Origin: Methanomassiliicoccaceae archaeon UBA404
GTDB lineage: Archaea > Thermoplasmatota > Thermoplasmata > Methanomassiliicoccales > Methanomethylophilaceae
Length of the DNA stretch: 64,000 nt
Direction of reading: 5' to 3'
NCBI GenBank assembly: GCA_002498605.1
Contig: DAHY01000009.1
Location: 22,971 to 86,970, forward strand
Position 1 is the stretch's first letter, and every line of letters starts with the position of its first letter. A program made the translations under genes and the position numbers. Positions 46,089 through 56,118 of the stretch are shown here, piece by piece. The notes under the pieces were generated by a model. The model was not told the DNA's origin, did no database searches, and saw nothing but the letters and a program-made list of their open reading frames with translations.

Positions 46089-46203
46089 CTTGTTTCAGTC
46101 ATTCACGCATCGGATAAGGGAATAATAGCAGTTTCCTCGAAACCGTTCTGTTTTTCATGATTTACACATTCAATTTTTAACCCTTGAAGAGAGTACACAA
46201 GCG

Positions 46204-47601
46204 ATGGACGACGACACCTGGTGGGATTTGGTCAATAAACTGACAGAGGTCCAGAGGGAACTTTTTGAAAAAAAGATACCCGCGCTGATAATTCTGGAAG
46301 GATGCAGCGGCAGAGTCATAGGACGGGTGGCGGGGGATCTTTTGAACAAATTGGAACCCAGAGGCGTAAAATACACTCATTTTCAACCCGAAGATCTCTT
46401 CTGTCCCGAGTTGAGTCTCCGCTTCTTGGAGGCTACGCCCGCAAAAGGTCAGCTCGCGGTTTACGACAGGGGATGGTATTCCCATGTGGCGGAAAATCTT
46501 GAAGGGATGTCGGACGAGAGATTGGAAAACAACATAAACGAAATCAACGATTTTGAAAAATATCTGGTTTATAACGGGGTTCTGCTTGTAAAGCTGTTTT
46601 TGACCGCAGAACCGGATAAAGCGGAAACACTGGCTGACGCCTTCGGACCCAGGCACAAAAAGAAATCCTTCCTGAACGACGACTATGTGGACGTGAACGT
46701 ATACACCGGAGAACGGATGAAACGCATCATCAAAAAAACCGATACGCCTTACGCAAAATGGTCGATGATCGATATCGAAGATCCCGAACGGACGGCGTAC
46801 AACAGCATTTACGCGATAACGAACGCGCTGAATCATAAACTGAGATACGTCCCCGCTCCGAGAGATGAAGAAATCCCGAGAATTTATGATAATCCGCGTA
46901 AAACGGTTGACCTGACCCTCGAAGCCGAAGATTACGACATCAAACTGAAAGAATATTCGAAGGAACTGATTAATCTTCAATCGAAACTGGCGGTGAGCAG
47001 CCGTTCCCTGATTGTTATATTCGAAGGCAGAGATGCCGCCGGCAAAGGCGGCAGCATAAAACGTCTTGCCCATGCCTTGAATCCCAGAGGTTATGTTGCC
47101 AAACCCATAGGCGTTCCCACCGACGATGACAGCAATCATACGTATCTGTGGAGATTCTGCAAAGAGATGCCCTGCTACGGCAGGATAACGATATTCGACC
47201 GCAGTTGGTACGGAAGAATGATGGTCGAACCCATTGAAGGGTTCTGCACCGAAGACGAATACCGCCGTTCCGCCGAAGAAATAAACTGGTTCGAAAAAAT
47301 TCTTACGGATTCCGGCGCCGTCATAATCAAATTCTGGATGGAAATCAGCAAAGAAGAACAACTGTTCCGGTTTACCAAACGTCTTGAAAACCCCCTCAAG
47401 GAATGGAAGATTACAGACGAGGATTGGAGAAATCGGGCCAAGTGGGAAATTTACGACGAATACGTGGATAGAATGATTGAGAGCACGAACACGCCCTACG
47501 CCCCATGGTTCGTCGTTGAATCCGAGCAGAAAAAATACGGTCGTCTTAAGGTTTTGAAAACAGTCATAGACGAATTGAAAAAGGCTCTGAAAATTGAGTG
47601 A
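46204..47601 (+). CDS. ppk2: two-domain polyphosphate kinase 2 (PAP-like)
   Basis: The C-terminal domain has an intact Walker A (FEGRDAAGKGGSIKRL) plus FDRSWYGR. The N-terminal domain shows ILEGCSGRVIGRVAG (degenerate P-loop) plus YDRGWY. Confidence 0.85.
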   Translation: MDDDTWWDLVNKLTEVQRELFEKKIPALIILEGCSGRVIGRVAGDLLNKLEPRGVKYTHFQPEDLFCPELSLRFLEATPAKGQLAVYDRGWYSHVAENLEGMSDERLENNINEINDFEKYLVYNGVLLVKLFLTAEPDKAETLADAFGPRHKKKSFLNDDYVDVNVYTGERMKRIIKKTDTPYAKWSMIDIEDPERTAYNSIYAITNALNHKLRYVPAPRDEEIPRIYDNPRKTVDLTLEAEDYDIKLKEYSKELINLQSKLAVSSRSLIVIFEGRDAAGKGGSIKRLAHALNPRGYVAKPIGVPTDDDSNHTYLWRFCKEMPCYGRITIFDRSWYGRMMVEPIEGFCTEDEYRRSAEEINWFEKILTDSGAVIIKFWMEISKEEQLFRFTKRLENPLKEWKITDEDWRNRAKWEIYDEYVDRMIESTNTPYAPWFVVESEQKKYGRLKVLKTVIDELKKALKIE

Positions 47602-47664
47602 TTACGTCGAACGACGACACCATGGTTCGACATTATTAAATAAGAAATTCCCTGTCTCGCAAAT

Positions 47665-48357
47665 ATGACGGAGGAATTCGGCGAAAAAATCGCCGGTGAT
47701 ATAGCGATGTCCTCGGAACCGGGGAAGACCATCCGCAAATGGAGAGAAGAATTCTCTCTGTCGCAGCAACAGCTTGCGGACAGCATGGGTGTCTCCAATT
47801 CCGTGATAAGCGACTATGAATCCGGAAGACGGAAATCACCGGGTGTGGCCGTTATCAAAAAGATGGTTGAATCCTTAATCTCGCTGGACGCGATGAACGG
47901 ATATCCCGTTGCTTCGAGATACCGGCCGGAAGCCAGAGACGAATGTATTCTGGCCATGGAGGAGTTTGACGGAGGCGTGGATTCGGAAAGATTCATAGAA
48001 ATCATTGCCGGAAAAAACATAAATCCCGACAAAATGCCTTCCAGGAAAATCTACGGATACACGATTGTGGATTCCATGAAGGCCATAGTGAATCTGAGTT
48101 CGGAAGACTATCTGAAGATATACGGTTGGAACATAGAGCGCGCATTGATTTTTACTGATGTGCATTTCGGAAGGTCGCCCATGGTTGCAATCAGAGCGCA
48201 TCCTTTGACGCCGGGAATGGTAGTTTACCAAAACCCCGAAAATACCGATCTTTTGGCCATCAAGCTGGCCAAACTGGAGAAGATACCTCTGGTCACAACC
48301 AAACTGACAGTCGAACAGTTAACCCAACGTTTGAATAAACTTAAGGAAGGGAATTGA
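47665..48357 (+). CDS. XRE-type HTH transcriptional regulator with C-terminal domain (COG1395-like)
   Basis: IRKWREEFSLSQQQLADSMGVSNSVISDYESGRR HTH. The stop abuts the HMG-CoA synthase start (TGAATG). Confidence 0.7.
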   Translation: MTEEFGEKIAGDIAMSSEPGKTIRKWREEFSLSQQQLADSMGVSNSVISDYESGRRKSPGVAVIKKMVESLISLDAMNGYPVASRYRPEARDECILAMEEFDGGVDSERFIEIIAGKNINPDKMPSRKIYGYTIVDSMKAIVNLSSEDYLKIYGWNIERALIFTDVHFGRSPMVAIRAHPLTPGMVVYQNPENTDLLAIKLAKLEKIPLVTTKLTVEQLTQRLNKLKEGN

Positions 48358-49410
48358 ATGGATGTAGGAATTGTAAGTTACGGAGCGTACGTGCCGCGTT
48401 TCAGAATCAAACCCGAAGAAATCGGGAGGGTCTGGGGCGTTGACGGCGTAGGCATGGGAAGAGGACTGAGAATAGAAGAGAAAGCAGTCCCCTCGCCCGA
48501 CGAGGATGTTATAACGATATCCGCGGAGGCGGCGAGATATATGATGGACAGAGTCCCCGACGTGAACCCGCAGGATATCGGAGCCGTTTACGTGGGTTCG
48601 GAGTCGCACCCTTACGCTGTGAAACCCACATCCGGAACCATTGCGGAGGTAATCAAAGCCACCCCTGCGCTGACTGCCGCGGATTTGGAATTCGCCTGTA
48701 AAGCCGGTACCGCCGGAATTCAGATGTGCGCCGGACTCGTGGGTTCGGGAATGATCCGCTACGGAGTGGCAATCGGAGCCGACACATCCCAGGGCGCTCC
48801 CGGAGATGCACTGGAATATTCTGCTTCCGCCGGAGGAGCCGCATTCCTTATAGGTTCGGAAAAAATAATCGCAAAAATCAACAAAACTTTGAGTTTCACA
48901 ACCGACACCCCCGACTTTTGGAGGAGGGAAGGTCAGCCCTATCCCCGTCACGGAGGCAGATTTACCGGAGATCCCGCGTATTTCAGACATATAACCTCCG
49001 CGGCAAAGATGATGTTCGAAGAAATGGGCACCGCTCCCGAAGATTACAATCACGCAGTCTTCCACCAACCCAACGGAAAGTTCCCGGAAAGGGTCGCAAA
49101 GACATTGGGATTCACCCCCGAACAGATTAAAAACGGTCTGCTGACCCCGTACATCGGAAACACATACAGCGGTGCCGTACCCATCGGACTTTCCGGGGTT
49201 CTTGACAAAGCAAAACCCGGCGACAGAATATTCGTCGTGTCCTACGGATCCGGAGCGGGCAGCGATGCCTTCGACATAACCGTTACGGATGAAATCAAAA
49301 ATTACAAAAAAGAGAACGCGCCCACTTTGGACAAGGTTCTCGAAAACCCGGTGTACATCGACTACGCAATGTATGCGAAGTACAAGGGAATCATAATTAT
49401 GCCGGAGTGA
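48358..49410 (+). CDS. hydroxymethylglutaryl-CoA synthase (archaeal)
   Basis: [15 protein letters not shown]-terminus and catalytic Cys context [11 protein letters not shown]. Confidence 0.9.
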   Translation: MDVGIVSYGAYVPRFRIKPEEIGRVWGVDGVGMGRGLRIEEKAVPSPDEDVITISAEAARYMMDRVPDVNPQDIGAVYVGSESHPYAVKPTSGTIAEVIKATPALTAADLEFACKAGTAGIQMCAGLVGSGMIRYGVAIGADTSQGAPGDALEYSASAGGAAFLIGSEKIIAKINKTLSFTTDTPDFWRREGQPYPRHGGRFTGDPAYFRHITSAAKMMFEEMGTAPEDYNHAVFHQPNGKFPERVAKTLGFTPEQIKNGLLTPYIGNTYSGAVPIGLSGVLDKAKPGDRIFVVSYGSGAGSDAFDITVTDEIKNYKKENAPTLDKVLENPVYIDYAMYAKYKGIIIMPE

Positions 49411-49414
49411 TAAC

Positions 49415-50578
49415 ATGAGAGAAGTAGCTATTGTAGGTACGGGAGTCACGAAATTCGGAGAACTCTGGGACAAATCATTCAGGGCAATCGGAATCGAAGC
49501 GGGAATAAAAGCCATAGAAGACGCGGGCATGTCCGGATCCGAAGTGGACGGAGTTTATTTCGGAAACATGTCTTCCCGTTTCATCAACCAGCAGCACATC
49601 GACGCGCTGATTGCCGATTATTCGGGAATGGCGACCCGCAACGTTCCGGCCGTAAGGACCGAAGCGGGCGGAGCATCCGGAGGGGTGGCTTTCAGACAGG
49701 GAGTCATGGCCGTTGCTTCGGGAATGAACGACGTCGTATTGGTGGGAGGGGCGGAAAAGATGACGGATATGGACGATGCCGGAACCGCTCTGATTATGGA
49801 CAGTACCGCGGATGCGGAGTGGGAAGTCTCCATGGGACTTACGCTCACCTCATTGTACGCCATGATTGCAAGACGTATGATATACGACGGTATCGCGACC
49901 CGTGAGGAAATCGCATCTTTCGCGGTGAACGCTCACAAACACGGTGCGCTGAACCCCAACGCACAGTACAGGAAAGCCGTATCGTTGGAAACCGTTATGC
50001 GATCCGGCCCCGTCGCGGAACCGTTGGGCATGTTTGATTGCGCCCCGTATTCTGACGGTGCCGCCGCCGTGGTTCTGGTTCCTCTGGAACACGCAAAGAA
50101 AATGGGCGTCGATTACGTAAAAGTCTCGGCAACTGCTCAGGCAAGCGACACTCTGGCACTCTTCCAGAGAGAAGACATTACCACCTTTAAAGCAACAACC
50201 GTTGCGGCCAAGGAGGCATACAAGATTGCCGGCATCGAAGCCAAGGATATCGATGTGGCGGAAGTTCACGACGATTACACCGTCGGAGGAATCATGGCAC
50301 TTCAGGATCTGGGTTTCTTCAAGAAGGGAGAAGCCGGAAAAGCCGTTCTCGAAGACCGCGTAAGCATCGACGGCGAAGTTGCAATCAACACTTCCGGCGG
50401 TCTTAAAGCCGCGGGTTATCCCGTGGGCGCCGCAGGCGTTGCACAGATTGTGGAGATAACCAACCAGCTCAGGAACAGAGCCGACAACAGACAGGTCAAA
50501 GATGCCAAATACGGTCTTGCCCAGTCTGTCGGAGGTACCGGTTCCGCCGTTACGGTCAGCATATTGGAGGCGATCTGA
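49415..50578 (+). CDS. acetoacetyl-CoA thiolase (archaeal thiolase-domain protein)
   Basis: Thiolase fold with a C-terminal GGLKAAGYPVGAAG. It follows the HMGCS gene by 4 nt. Confidence 0.9.
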   Translation: MREVAIVGTGVTKFGELWDKSFRAIGIEAGIKAIEDAGMSGSEVDGVYFGNMSSRFINQQHIDALIADYSGMATRNVPAVRTEAGGASGGVAFRQGVMAVASGMNDVVLVGGAEKMTDMDDAGTALIMDSTADAEWEVSMGLTLTSLYAMIARRMIYDGIATREEIASFAVNAHKHGALNPNAQYRKAVSLETVMRSGPVAEPLGMFDCAPYSDGAAAVVLVPLEHAKKMGVDYVKVSATAQASDTLALFQREDITTFKATTVAAKEAYKIAGIEAKDIDVAEVHDDYTVGGIMALQDLGFFKKGEAGKAVLEDRVSIDGEVAINTSGGLKAAGYPVGAAGVAQIVEITNQLRNRADNRQVKDAKYGLAQSVGGTGSAVTVSILEAI

Positions 50579-50982
50579 TGTCAGCTGTTGCAAAAGAGTG
50601 GAGAGAAATCCCGGCAAGATACAATCTCGAAGGTTCCGAATGCGGAAACTGCGGAAGGAAATATTTCCCCAAGAGGAATATGTGTCCCCACTGCAGAAGA
50701 AACGGATTCGGAAAAATGCGTCCTTACGATGTTTCGAAGAAAGGAAAGATATTCACTTTCTCCATAATTCATGACGCTCCGGAAGCCAACAGGGATCTTA
50801 AACCGTACGCCGTGGCAATGGTCAGGACCGATGACGGACTCCTGATATCCGGCCAGCTGACGGATGTGGATCTGGCACAGATTGAAATCGGTATGCGGGT
50901 CCGTGCCGTACTGAGGAAACTCGGCGATGCGGGTCCGTCCGGAATAATCCACTACGGATTCAAATTCGTTCCCGATCTGTAA
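50578..50982 (+). CDS. DUF35 OB-fold/zinc-ribbon scaffold protein of the thiolase-HMGCS complex
   Basis: CGNCGRKYFPKRNMCPHC rubredoxin-like ribbon plus an OB fold. The start overlaps the thiolase stop (TGATG). Confidence 0.85.
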   Translation: MSAVAKEWREIPARYNLEGSECGNCGRKYFPKRNMCPHCRRNGFGKMRPYDVSKKGKIFTFSIIHDAPEANRDLKPYAVAMVRTDDGLLISGQLTDVDLAQIEIGMRVRAVLRKLGDAGPSGIIHYGFKFVPDL

Positions 50983-51016
50983 TCGGAACGATACCAAACT
51001 TTTTTTAAAATTCAAA

Positions 51017-51030
51017 GGGGGTCCGCCCCC
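51017..51030. terminator. bidirectional hairpin flanked by T-runs
   Basis: GGGGG-tccg-CCCCC, with CTTTTTTT upstream and TTTATTTTT downstream, between convergent genes. Confidence 0.4.
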
Positions 51031-51043
51031 TTCCCTTTATTTT

Positions 51044-51520
51044 TCAAGCCTTCATTATGTCAACGGCCGCCACATGTTCCAGAATAAGTTCCGTGTAGGG
51101 TATCGACGATTTTTCCAATTCCATGTTTTTCGCGGATGTTTCGGTGCAGTCAATCAAAGAATCGTCTCTTTTGCAGCCTATTTCGTCAAGTCTCAAATCA
51201 TCGGTATTTCCGATAAGCAGTATCACAAATTCCGTATCCCCTTTTTTTGGGCTCATCTTCTTTATGGCTCTGCCGATCTGTCTGTCGGCCGACGCATAAA
51301 GAATGATTTCGGAAAGAAGACTTTTGGAACGGTTGACGCTCCGGGAAAACGCTCTCTCGGCGTGCAGGTAAGCAGATAAAACATGATCCTTTCCGCAAAT
51401 ATAATCGGGATTGAACAGTACCGCTTCGATCCCGAGAGAATCAAAATGAGCTATCAGCTCGGCGGGAGTTTTTTCGCATTTTATACCGATGACATCCAAC
51501 ATGACAGGTTGTTGATACAT
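51044..51520 (-). CDS. cgi121: KEOPS complex subunit Cgi121
   Basis: From Met146 of the long ORF: MYQQPVMLDVIG...LFNPDYICGKDHVLSAYLHAERAFSRSVNRSKSLLSEIILYASADRQIGRAIKKM, which matches the Cgi121 pattern. The upstream 145 codons are judged spurious. Confidence 0.6.
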   Translation of the reverse strand: MYQQPVMLDVIGIKCEKTPAELIAHFDSLGIEAVLFNPDYICGKDHVLSAYLHAERAFSRSVNRSKSLLSEIILYASADRQIGRAIKKMSPKKGDTEFVILLIGNTDDLRLDEIGCKRDDSLIDCTETSAKNMELEKSSIPYTELILEHVAAVDIMKA

Positions 51521-51619
51521 TCGTCCTGTTTTAACTTTTATCAATGAAAGAAACTGAAAAAGTTTATCATATACGGTATGTATGCCCGACTTATTGGAAC
51601 AGTTCCGGGACGAATTCAA

Positions 51620-52552
51620 ATGAGTAACGAATGGATTAAGGTAGCCGCTCCGGCCACCACCTCCAACATTGGGCCGGGGTTCGACACGTTCGGACTCGCT
51701 TTGAAAGAACCTTTTGATATTGTAGAGGGCAGAAGAATCGATTCCGGTCTGATGATAAGTGAAATCACGGGACCCGGAAGCGACATCATACCCACCGACC
51801 CGGAAAAGAATTCGGTATGTATCGCCGCCGGCGAAGTTCTCAGAAAATCCGGAGAAGATTTCGGAATCGAATTCAGGATAAAAAAAGGAATCAGACCCGG
51901 AAGCGGACTCGGTTCCTCCGGAGCATCCGCCTCCGGCGGTGCGTATCTTGCGCATTTGATGTGCGGAGAAAAATTAAGCGATAACGATTTGGTTCTCTGC
52001 GCGGCCAAAGCCGAAGGCGTGACTTCGGGAGGACTGCATGCGGATAACGTTGCCCCGAGTCTTTTGGGCGGTTTCACCGTGATACGCTCTTACGATCCTT
52101 TTGACGTGATATCGATAAATCCCCCCGAAAATCTGGGGGTCGTCGTGACTCTTCCCGAAATATACATAGAAACAAAGGAAGCCCGCAAGGTAATTCCCGC
52201 CGAAGTTCCGTTGAATCATTTGGTGTTCCACGTTGGGAACGCATCCTGTCTGACTTACGGAATGGCCACGGGAGATTTGGATTTGATAAGAAGATCCATT
52301 CAGGATCTGGTATCGGAGCCCAACAGAAAGAATCTCGTTCCCAATCTTAAAGAGGCCGAAGAAGCCGCTTTGTCCGAAGGGGCGCTCGCATCCTTTTTGG
52401 GAGGGTCCGGGCCGTGTATAATGTCGTTCTACGACAAAACTTCAGGTAACGGAAACAATATCGCCGAAAGCGTAAAGTCGGTTTTCGCCCATGCCGACAT
52501 AAAATGCGAAACATGGGTAACGGTTTGCGGCAAAGGCTGCAGAAGGATTTGA
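51620..52552 (+). CDS. thrB: homoserine kinase
   Basis: GHMP motif GSGLGSSGASA and N-terminal APATTSNIGPGFD. ATG at 51620 is preferred over 51578. Confidence 0.85.
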   Translation: MSNEWIKVAAPATTSNIGPGFDTFGLALKEPFDIVEGRRIDSGLMISEITGPGSDIIPTDPEKNSVCIAAGEVLRKSGEDFGIEFRIKKGIRPGSGLGSSGASASGGAYLAHLMCGEKLSDNDLVLCAAKAEGVTSGGLHADNVAPSLLGGFTVIRSYDPFDVISINPPENLGVVVTLPEIYIETKEARKVIPAEVPLNHLVFHVGNASCLTYGMATGDLDLIRRSIQDLVSEPNRKNLVPNLKEAEEAALSEGALASFLGGSGPCIMSFYDKTSGNGNNIAESVKSVFAHADIKCETWVTVCGKGCRRI

Positions 52553-52556
52553 AGAA

Positions 52557-53774
52557 ATGGTATCTCACAGAGTTTTGTGCTGGGACTGCGGAGCGGTGAT
52601 CGAAGACCCGTTTGTCAGCGTATGCCCGAAATGCAAAGGATTGCTCACAGTAAAGATGGACTTGGAGAAAGTCAAAGAAAAATCTCCCGAAGATCTCAGG
52701 AAAACTCCGATAGGCGTGTGGAGATATTCCGACTTTATGCCGGTTGACGCGTCCAAAAAAGTATCAATTCAGGAAGGCGGAACGCCGTTGTACGATACAA
52801 AGGCTCTTGCTGAAATCGTCGGTGTAAAGGGAATGCACGTCAAATTCGAAGGACTGAATCCCACCGGTTCTTTCAAAGACCGGGGAATGACCATAGGCGT
52901 GACCCGGGCCAAAGAACTGGGTGCCGAAATCGTCGGTTGCGCTTCCACCGGAAACACTTCGGCTTCGCTTGCGGCATACGCCGCCAAGGCCGGAATGAAA
53001 TGCGCGGTGTTTCTCCCGTCCGGAAAGGTTGCGGCCGGTAAGCTGGCTCAGGCTTTGTTTTACGGTGCCAAGGTTTTGTCGATTGACGGAAACTTTGACG
53101 ATGCTCTCGCATTGGCAAGAAAAATGTCCGAACAGAAAAAACTGTACCTGCTGAATTCCATCAACCCGTACCGTCCGGAAGGACAGAAATCCGTTCTGTT
53201 CGAAATAATGGACCAATTGAACTACAACATTCCCGACAGAATTGTTCTGCCGGTCGGCAACGCCGCCAATATCTGGGCGGTATACAAAGCGCTTACCGAA
53301 CTGGAAGAAGTGGGATGGATTGACAGAATGCCCATGCTTACGGGTATTCAGGCCGAAGGTTCCGCTCCGGTTGCCAGAGCGTTCGACGAAGAAAAGAAAG
53401 ATTTCATTCCCGTCGAAAACCCGGAGACCATTGCAACCGCGATACGCATCGGCAACCCGGTGAGCGGACGCAAAGCTCTCGCCGCCATATACAATACCGG
53501 CGGATATTCGGAAACCGTCTCCGATGAGGAAATCATTGCGGCTCAGAAACTGACCGCGAGGAAAGAAGGCGTGTTCGTCGAACCCGCTTCCGCCGCATCC
53601 GTCGCGGGAATAATCAAACTCAGAAACATGGGAATCATAGACAGGGACGAGACTGTTGTGGCAATCTGTACCGGCAACGGACTCAAAGACCCGGAAACCG
53701 CCGTGAAATACAGCAACCCGCCAATCAAGTGCGCCAATTCCGTGGAAGCCGTGAACAAGATTCTTTCCGATTAA
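52557..53774 (+). CDS. thrC: threonine synthase
   Basis: PLP-lysine motif NPTGSFKDRG and an N-terminal zinc ribbon CWDCG...CPKC. Confidence 0.9.
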   Translation: MVSHRVLCWDCGAVIEDPFVSVCPKCKGLLTVKMDLEKVKEKSPEDLRKTPIGVWRYSDFMPVDASKKVSIQEGGTPLYDTKALAEIVGVKGMHVKFEGLNPTGSFKDRGMTIGVTRAKELGAEIVGCASTGNTSASLAAYAAKAGMKCAVFLPSGKVAAGKLAQALFYGAKVLSIDGNFDDALALARKMSEQKKLYLLNSINPYRPEGQKSVLFEIMDQLNYNIPDRIVLPVGNAANIWAVYKALTELEEVGWIDRMPMLTGIQAEGSAPVARAFDEEKKDFIPVENPETIATAIRIGNPVSGRKALAAIYNTGGYSETVSDEEIIAAQKLTARKEGVFVEPASAASVAGIIKLRNMGIIDRDETVVAICTGNGLKDPETAVKYSNPPIKCANSVEAVNKILSD

Positions 53775-53783
53775 TTCAAAGAA

Positions 53784-56030
53784 TTAACGGAAATCCATAA
53801 GATTGGATTGCTTTGAGACCTTGGTCTCTTCGTATTCCGCGGCCATGGCTTCGAGTTCATCGTCGTCGGGAGCCCAATCCGCCTCGGGGGGTTTTGTTTC
53901 CGCGGAACCTCCCGCCTGTTCTTTCAGGCTTTTGGCAAGGGCATTGCCGATTCTGTGCAAAGAAGCAAGCTTGCTTTCGGAAGCCGTCATAATATCGGTT
54001 CTTTTCCGATATCCCGCATCAAAAAGAATCCTGGCTCTTGTTCTTCCGACGCCTTTGAACGATACCAAATCCATAAGTTCTTCTTTCACGCCATACTTTA
54101 TACGGGTAAGCAGAGGTCTTATTTTCTTCATGGTTTCGGGAGCGAATATATACGCTATTTCGCTCATTGCGTACATAATCCAATTTATCATTTCGATTCT
54201 GGAACGTATGTCTCCGGGACCGATTCCCATGTTGTTGGTAATACTTTCTTCGGGTACTTCGGATATCCAATCCGTTATCATTGCGGAAACCTTTACGGCC
54301 CCCATGAAAATTTCCTGAACGAATTCATCGTAAAGATCCTTATCGTCAAAAGGGTCGTACAGCAAACTGTCCTGATACCTGTCGGCGATGGCATTCAAAC
54401 GGTCTTCATCGCTCTTTTTGGGATAAAGTCCCATTACGTCGGGCGTCAAAGCGGCGGCAATCAGAATTTCTATATCCTCCGTGTCGTCCTTTATTTTCCG
54501 GACGGCATCTCTCAGTATCACCGCGGATTTCGGGTCTATGTACAAATCCGATATTCTTTTGCCGAAAGGCAATATCCTGAGAAAATCCCCGGTTTTTTCT
54601 ATCATTTCTTCTTCCGAAAGAAAATCGGTTACTTTTTTCACAACCTCTTCCGCGCCGTACATCGAAGAGGTGCTTCCGTAAAACGTGGATTCAAGGAAGT
54701 CTATGACTTCTCCGTCGGTGGAAGCATCGCCGGTGGCAATCAGTCCCAGTATGTGACTTCTCAGAGTATTCTCGTTTCCGAGATTCGAAGTCAGATGTTC
54801 GGTGTCATGCTGAATATAATCATACATCAGATGATCGAAATGATTTTGATTTTTAGCTATAAGAACAGCTTCGCCGTAAGGGTCGTAACCCGGTCTCCCG
54901 GCACGTCCCGACATCTGCTTCATTTCCATAACGGATATCGGAACCGTGCCCACGTTTGCTTCGTATCTCCCGGTATCTCTGATTATGACTCTTCTGGCGG
55001 GGAGATTGATCCCGGCGGCCAGAGTGGGGGTTGCGATGATGCATTTTATGTTTCCGTTGCGGAAGTTGTCTTCGACGTATTTTCTCTGTTTGTAGGTCAG
55101 TCCCGCGTTATGGAATGCGGTTCCGGAGGCAACGCATTCGGCCAGCTGCCTTCCCAATGTGGTGGGTTCGGCACCCCCTTCCAACAATGCGGTTTCCTGC
55201 GGGCTGAGGGTTCTTCCGGCAAGTTTGTTCATTTCGTCCGAAAAACGTCTGGCCAAAGATTCGGTGGAACGGCGGGTGTTCACAAATACAAGGCACTGTC
55301 CGCCTTCTTTGACGGTCTGTTTCACCAGCCCCCATATGGGATCCTTTTCCCTGGGAACTTCTACACGTTCCATATTTTCGAAGGTTATTTCGTCATTGAA
55401 GTACACGCCTTCCTTAAGAGGTATGGGACGCCAGTCATCCACTATCAATTCCGCGTCCAGCCATACGGCTAGATCCATTGCGTTGGATATTGTAGCGGAC
55501 AAAGCTATAATCTGAAGTTTCGGGTTTCTTTTCATTAACTTCGTTAGCGTGACTTCCAAAGTCGGACCCCTCCCGGGGTCGTGTATCATGTGTATTTCGT
55601 CGGCAATCACAAGCCCCACGGACTCTATCCATCGGTTTCCGTGTCTTATCATCGAATCCGCTTTTTCGGATGTGGCCACTATGATGTCCGCATCGTTGAT
55701 TCTTCCGCCGTCGGAGTCCAAATCCCCCACGCTCATGGCGACTTTGTATCCCAGATGCGAAAAGGAATCCAAATCTTCCATTTTTTCCGAGGCCAAGGCC
55801 TTCAGAGGAACAATATAAAGAACTTTCTTTTTTTCTTTGAGGACCATTTTCATTGCGGAAATGTATCCTATTATGGATTTTCCGCTGGCCGTCGGTACGG
55901 AAACCACAAGACTGTGTCCTTCGAGGGCTATCGGTATCGCTTTGGCCTGATGTCTGTGCAATTCGATGAAACCCTTCTCTTTCAGGGCGTCGGCGACGTC
56001 TTTGGGAATATCCAATTCATCGAATCTCAT
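53784..56030 (-). CDS. hel308: Hel308/Ski2-like DNA helicase
   Basis: PTASGKS, DEIH and SAT, plus winged-helix/ratchet and C-terminal HhH domains. Typical archaeal Hel308 length. Confidence 0.9.
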   Translation of the reverse strand: MRFDELDIPKDVADALKEKGFIELHRHQAKAIPIALEGHSLVVSVPTASGKSIIGYISAMKMVLKEKKKVLYIVPLKALASEKMEDLDSFSHLGYKVAMSVGDLDSDGGRINDADIIVATSEKADSMIRHGNRWIESVGLVIADEIHMIHDPGRGPTLEVTLTKLMKRNPKLQIIALSATISNAMDLAVWLDAELIVDDWRPIPLKEGVYFNDEITFENMERVEVPREKDPIWGLVKQTVKEGGQCLVFVNTRRSTESLARRFSDEMNKLAGRTLSPQETALLEGGAEPTTLGRQLAECVASGTAFHNAGLTYKQRKYVEDNFRNGNIKCIIATPTLAAGINLPARRVIIRDTGRYEANVGTVPISVMEMKQMSGRAGRPGYDPYGEAVLIAKNQNHFDHLMYDYIQHDTEHLTSNLGNENTLRSHILGLIATGDASTDGEVIDFLESTFYGSTSSMYGAEEVVKKVTDFLSEEEMIEKTGDFLRILPFGKRISDLYIDPKSAVILRDAVRKIKDDTEDIEILIAAALTPDVMGLYPKKSDEDRLNAIADRYQDSLLYDPFDDKDLYDEFVQEIFMGAVKVSAMITDWISEVPEESITNNMGIGPGDIRSRIEMINWIMYAMSEIAYIFAPETMKKIRPLLTRIKYGVKEELMDLVSFKGVGRTRARILFDAGYRKRTDIMTASESKLASLHRIGNALAKSLKEQAGGSAETKPPEADWAPDDDELEAMAAEYEETKVSKQSNLMDFR

Positions 56031-56118
56031 AACTCCCGATAAGAGGCGGAGATAATTAACCCTTGTCGGAACAATCTTTGCACAATGGTTAATAAGGGTC
56101 AGATATTATCGATTTTTA

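Noticed and set aside
46177-47361. 394-aa minus-strand ORF opposite PPK2. The same logic applies to 48319-49530, 49850-50617, 53955-55472, 58365-59618, 23993-25000, 12987-13592 and 3454-4158.
   Set aside because: Each is antisense to a gene with clear family signatures and has the biased composition of shadow ORFs.
51521-51955. N-terminal 145 codons of the 303-aa ORF 51044-51955
   Set aside because: This part is Gly/Ser-rich with no family resemblance, and it would overlap the divergent thrB start region. The Cgi121-like sequence begins at the internal Met at 51520.
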